Virus record (IMG/VR): IMGVR_UViG_2537561604_000012
DNA from: a virus
Taxonomy: Duplodnaviria > Heunggongvirae > Uroviricota > Caudoviricetes
Direction: 5' to 3' (one strand)
DNA: 30,216 nucleotides
Below the pieces are notes generated by a model, which was given only the letters and a program-made list of their open reading frames with translations, ran no database searches and was not told the origin of the DNA. A program made the position numbers and the translations under genes. Each line of letters begins with the position of its first letter. The stretch's first letter is position 1. Shown in pieces: positions 26,873 through 30,216 of the stretch.

Positions 26873-27836
26873 AAGCCATTACCCGGAACTGGCATCCGGG
26901 CTTCATTTGCCAAAGACGGCCAGAGTCGTGGCGCATTCAGAGCCAGTAAAAAGCGGTAACTTTGCCGATCCCTTCCGGCCACGTTACGCCGTGGACGTGC
27001 AACTGCTTGACGCAGACGGAAACCCGGACAATCAGACGCCTGTTTACTCAGCGGTGCCGCTGCCGGTACCAATGGCCGGGAATGATTCAGGTATGTTTCA
27101 GTTCCCGCCTGAAGGGACGCTGGTTGAGGTCGCATTCACAGGAGGCAGACCGGATAAACCCTTTATCAGGCAGACGCTGCCGGATGGCACCAGTCTGCCG
27201 GACGTTAAACCCGGTGAGCAATTACAGCAGCAGCGGGAAGAAGTATCCCTGAGGGTGACTCAGGCGGGTGACTGGGTAAGGCAGACCGATCAGACCATCA
27301 GCGAAACATCAATGGTGCGAACCGTAAAAGCCGATACAGAACAGCGCGAACTGGTCAGCCGTGAAACCACGGTGAAAGCCACGGATAAAACCACGGTACT
27401 GGGAACCGCCACATTGCTGGCCGGAGCCATCCAGCAGGTAAGCGCCGGTGATTATAGCCAGGCGGTGAAAGGTAACAGGCTGGCCAGTATTGAAGGAAAC
27501 GAAGAAACGGACATAGCAGGACAGCAGTCCACTAAAGTGGGCGGTGCTGTAGCCGTGGAGGTTGGCGAAAGTCTGACAGAGAAGATTGCCGCACTGCGTA
27601 AATCAGTGGCTGCTGGCGGTCAGCAGGTCATGGGGGCAACTGTCCATATTGGCAGTGAGAGCATCAACGCCCTGACCATGATGCTGGATACCATTGATTT
27701 ACTGGCAGAGCTTGCGCAGCAATGCGCGAACCATTCGCACCCCACCGTTGGAACTCCAACCAATGCCGCCGCGTTCACACTGACGGCGACGAAAGCCGGG
27801 CAGACCCGGAGCAAATACCAGAATATAATTGCCTGA
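26820..27836 (+). CDS. Baseplate spike / gpV (gp5 OB-fold)-like protein; start uncertain
   Basis: OB-fold-type motif VPLPVPMAGNDSGMFQFPPEGTLVEVAFTGGRPDKPFI; last gene before terminator. First ATG 26820 lacks RBS; frame opens at 26817. Confidence 0.5.
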   Translation: MTRWRSHGRRETAQRQIESHYPELASGLHLPKTARVVAHSEPVKSGNFADPFRPRYAVDVQLLDADGNPDNQTPVYSAVPLPVPMAGNDSGMFQFPPEGTLVEVAFTGGRPDKPFIRQTLPDGTSLPDVKPGEQLQQQREEVSLRVTQAGDWVRQTDQTISETSMVRTVKADTEQRELVSRETTVKATDKTTVLGTATLLAGAIQQVSAGDYSQAVKGNRLASIEGNEETDIAGQQSTKVGGAVAVEVGESLTEKIAALRKSVAAGGQQVMGATVHIGSESINALTMMLDTIDLLAELAQQCANHSHPTVGTPTNAAAFTLTATKAGQTRSKYQNIIA

Positions 27837-27848
27837 CCATGATAACAC

Positions 27849-27873
27849 GCCCGCATAATGCGGGCTTTTTTAT
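27849..27873 (+). terminator. Rho-independent terminator ending the late/tail operon
   Basis: GCCCGC-ataat-GCGGGC followed by TTTTTTAT, 13 nt after stop 27836. Confidence 0.75.
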
Positions 27874-28263
27874 ACCCTTCTCCAGACGCAGCAGAACGCA
27901 CCCTCAGCACTTTAGGCAACAAATTAACCCAACTCAACACACATAAAAGATCGTGCGCATGGCGCTGCGTTGGCGCGACGATGCACCGACAAAATAAATC
28001 TTTCGCAGACAAAAACGGCGCTACACCGCACCCGCCTGCGGTTTCTGGATCTGGAAAATTTTTCTGTTTTATTTTTCTACAAAACAGACCGCCAGACCGC
28101 GCCGCTGCTGGCGGCTTTGCGGAGAACTGAAACTGAAATGATTGAAAAGGATTTCACTTTTTTTCAGTGAAAAGGATCTGTGAAGGATCGATGGGAAAAT
28201 ATAACTATCAGAATATAAAAGAGAAATTGAATTTTAGGTGGCGTTTGTGGATCGTTAGTTAAA

Positions 28264-28272
28264 GGGGGGGGG
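28264..28272. repeat. Homopolymeric G9 tract (intergenic)
   Basis: aaaGGGGGGGGGatatt read directly; lies between the two flanking terminators. Confidence 0.9.
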
Positions 28273-28281
28273 ATATTCTGT

Positions 28282-28313
28282 AAAAAAGCCCGCGACATCA
28301 GATGTGGCGCGGG
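28282..28313 (-). terminator. Rho-independent terminator for minus-strand glycosyltransferase-like gene
   Basis: On minus strand: stem CCCGCG...CGCGGG with inner ACATC/GATGT pairing, followed by TTTTTT (plus 28282-28287 aaaaaa); 40 nt downstream of stop at 28353. Confidence 0.55.
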
Positions 28314-28352
28314 ATGGATAGAAATTTATTCTTATAGAACAACTGAAAAAAA

Positions 28353-29069
28353 TTACTTTAAACTGAGTTTAAAATTTTTGAATTTACCATACAGGGTATC
28401 GCGTACAGAAAAGGAAGGAACCCAATTGAATCCTGTTCGCCATGGGCGAGGACTACCGTGAAAGCATACAACTGAAACATCATCAGGAACTTTGCCAGTA
28501 GCATAATCTGATGCCAAGTCAGGGTTGTAACCTATCATTTTACGTGTGGCTATATGGCATTTGTAACTAACAACAGATCCGGGAATTATATCTTGCCACA
28601 ATACAGGTTTCATGACGCTACCCAGAAACCCCTGATCACCCCATTTATCTTCTGTTTGGCATTCATGCATATTTTTTTCGGGGTCAGTCCAGAACGCATC
28701 CCAAACATATTGTTTGATAGACGCAGGAATGAACATAATGGATGAGTTAACCCTGGAAGGGTGGTTAAACTCCCGCAGCATAGTGAACTCTTTCGCCGCA
28801 TCAAAGATTTTGATATCACCAGTTATGACAACATCAACGTCAAAATAAAGCAGATCCTTATCACCTATTACCGGATGGTTTGGATTAAAAAGCTCAATCT
28901 TAGACCACCAACCTGGAAGGTTGTGCATTAACGGTGCGGTTTCAACACCAGGGATACTTCCAGCATCAGTTAAGCAAATTGAAGGTATGCCTTTAAATTG
29001 GCTATGCAGCCATTGTGCGTGTTTGGGGGTAAATTCTTTACCGCATTTAAGGACGGATACAATCAGCAT
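28353..29069 (-). CDS. Putative GT-A-type glycosyltransferase-like protein (DxD motif); low-GC cargo gene
   Basis: 238 aa; LLYFDVDVVITGDI (DxD-like) after N-terminal beta-alpha-type segment MLIVSVLKCGKEF; convergent to phage late operon, own terminator; AT-richer than phage genes. Family not established. Confidence 0.4.
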   Translation of the reverse strand: MLIVSVLKCGKEFTPKHAQWLHSQFKGIPSICLTDAGSIPGVETAPLMHNLPGWWSKIELFNPNHPVIGDKDLLYFDVDVVITGDIKIFDAAKEFTMLREFNHPSRVNSSIMFIPASIKQYVWDAFWTDPEKNMHECQTEDKWGDQGFLGSVMKPVLWQDIIPGSVVSYKCHIATRKMIGYNPDLASDYATGKVPDDVSVVCFHGSPRPWRTGFNWVPSFSVRDTLYGKFKNFKLSLK

Positions 29070-29250
29070 ATGGGAATCCCATTCTTTAGAGCAATAGTGT
29101 GCATTTTTTGAACATCGGCAATACTAAAATAAATAGTCAGGGCATAATTTTCTTAGGTAAGAGTCATGATGCCTCATGCCATTCCTTACGTAAAGCTAGG
29201 CAGACTCAGCATAATGAGGGGACAAAAAGGGGACGCTGACCACTACAAAC

Positions 29251-29277
29251 AAAAAAGCCACTCCGTCAGAAGTGGCT
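29251..29277 (-). terminator. Hairpin + U-tract (minus strand), second terminator-like element
   Basis: AGCCACT-ccgtcaga-AGTGGCT with aaaaaa on plus side (T-tract on minus). Confidence 0.45.
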
Positions 29278-29432
29278 TAATTATATGATTATAAAGCTAA
29301 AATTTGGTGGCCCCTTGGACTTGAACCAGCGCCCGGGCGATTATAAGTCTTATGGTGTAACCTTTTGATATTTATATATAAATTTTATTTTTATGTGAAT
29401 TTTAAGGATCTCTAACCGCTTTATTTTTGGCT

Positions 29433-29464
29433 AAAAAACCCGCAGTTGTAGCAATGATGCGGGT
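29433..29464 (-). terminator. Rho-independent terminator of minus-strand two-gene operon
   Basis: On minus strand ACCCGCA-13 nt loop-TGCGGGT followed by TTTTTT; 62 nt downstream of small ORF stop. Confidence 0.55.
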
Positions 29465-29525
29465 TGAGTTAGTCTTTAAAACTGAAATTGATCAGCCATA
29501 GCGTTCATAGGTAGCTGCGTATGCA

Positions 29526-29690
29526 TTAACGTTTTTTAGGTGGTGGGGCTACTTGCTGCGTTTGCTGCGTTTGCCGTGGTGGTTGATAACCATTGTTCTG
29601 CTGATTTGGCCTACTTGATGGTTGATATCCCTCATTTATAGGTTGCCAGCCATCATATTTAGTATTGTTTGCCGGTTTTTCTTCAGCCAT
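29526..29690 (-). CDS. Small Gln/Pro/Asn-rich protein (54 aa), not in ORF track
   Basis: ATG (revcomp of 29688-29690) with GTGAGGTAAAAA RBS; translates MAEEKPANNTKYDGWQPINEGYQPSSRPNQQNNGYQPPRQTQQTQQVAPPPKKR; start overlaps upstream gene stop (ATGGCTGA). Confidence 0.45.
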   Translation of the reverse strand: MAEEKPANNTKYDGWQPINEGYQPSSRPNQQNNGYQPPRQTQQTQQVAPPPKKR

Positions 29691-30216
29691 TTTTTACCTC
29701 ACTATTGTTGGGAGAATGTAATTTTACCTCAATAAACTCAACACTTTCTATTTCATTAGTCAATATTATTATGCCTAATGTATCAGCTAGTTCGTGATCG
29801 AAATCGCCATTCTCATCAAGCGCCCAATGTTTCTCAAGATAGATTTGTTCGGGTTCTGGACTATTGGATGCAAATGAGTCACTTCCATAAAAACCACCAT
29901 ATTTTTTACCGTTTTTTAGTGTTACCAATACCCAGCAGCGTTGTCTGGTTGAGAAGAAGTAGTCCCAAGAGCGCCCTATAGGGTGTGGAAGAATATTTTT
30001 GACTTTTTCCCAGTTACGAATTTTTAGCAATGCAACAGGTAATAGTACAGGTATTACAATTAAAACTAAAAAGTAAAAAATGTAATATAAAATAGGGTGT
30101 TTCAAAAAAATGTCATTTGTTTCAATTAGATAAATTGGTATTAAAAGAAATGAAAAATTTATGCAACTATATGAAACAACGTCAATTAAAACTTTTGATG
30201 TATCCAAATCAATTGA
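29683..30216 (-). CDS. Membrane protein with N-terminal TM helices and soluble C-terminal domain; 5' end probably beyond window
   Basis: Track ORF starts at TTG (30205-30207) and frame remains open to window edge; two hydrophobic helices (FSFLLIPIYLI; ILYYIFYFLVLIVIPVLLPVALL); very AT-rich. Confidence 0.5.
   Translation of the reverse strand, partial: SIDLDTSKVLIDVVSYSCINFSFLLIPIYLIETNDIFLKHPILYYIFYFLVLIVIPVLLPVALLKIRNWEKVKNILPHPIGRSWDYFFSTRQRCWVLVTLKNGKKYGGFYGSDSFASNSPEPEQIYLEKHWALDENGDFDHELADTLGIIILTNEIESVEFIEVKLHSPNNSEVKNG

Larger units (their letters stand above)
297..27873. mobile_element. P2/186-family temperate prophage (integrase through tail spike terminator); exact att boundaries not resolved
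   Basis: Contiguous, syntenic set of phage genes: int-cI leftward, early/replication rightward, P2-type head genes (Q,P divergent from O,N,M,L), tail/lysis genes, terminator at 27849-27873. No direct repeat identified by eye to fix attL/attR. Confidence 0.8.

Noticed and set aside
29305-29345. tRNA 3'-end-like fragment on minus strand (T-loop-like motif and ACCA)
   Set aside because: T-stem cannot pair (3 of 5 bp), the acceptor 3' strand is too short, and no matching 5' acceptor or anticodon arm is upstream. Not a callable tRNA; at most a decayed remnant.

Overview
Most of this window (about 297–27873) is a P2/186-family temperate myovirus prophage; the right flank (27.9–30.2 kb) is AT-rich, non-phage-like cargo on the minus strand. 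I see no rRNA, no confident tRNA, no CRISPR array and no transposase. Nothing here proves a new biological system; the findings below are candidates, and all family assignments are from motif reading, not database searches.

Prophage layout, left to right:
- Lysogeny operon (minus strand): tyrosine integrase and a 186-type CI repressor.
- Early/replication operon (plus strand): Cox/Apl-like and CII-like regulators, several small accessory ORFs, a DUF3850/ASCH protein, a Dam-type adenine methyltransferase and the rolling-circle initiator gpA.
- A LexA-box-like site in front of a small ORF, then an Ogr/Delta-type zinc-finger late activator coupled to the end of the P–Q operon.
- P2-type head module: portal Q and terminase P divergent from scaffold O, capsid N, small terminase M and head-completion L.
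- Contractile-tail and lysis module in a non-P2 order: tail completion, sheath-like, tube-like, holin / M15 endolysin / spanins, frameshifted chaperone, tape measure, W/J/I baseplate, collar-domain tail fibre with assembly chaperone, then hub- and spike-like genes, closed by a clean terminator.

Best candidates for something new:
- A His-rich mini-ORF built from 45-bp tandem repeats, inserted between M and L (13539–13775).
- The low-GC right-end cargo: a DXD glycosyltransferase-like gene, and a coupled membrane-protein + Gln/Pro-rich peptide pair.
- The variable early-region gene cluster (2821–4453).

Limits: att sites and cos were not located, and several tail-gene functions rest on size and position only.
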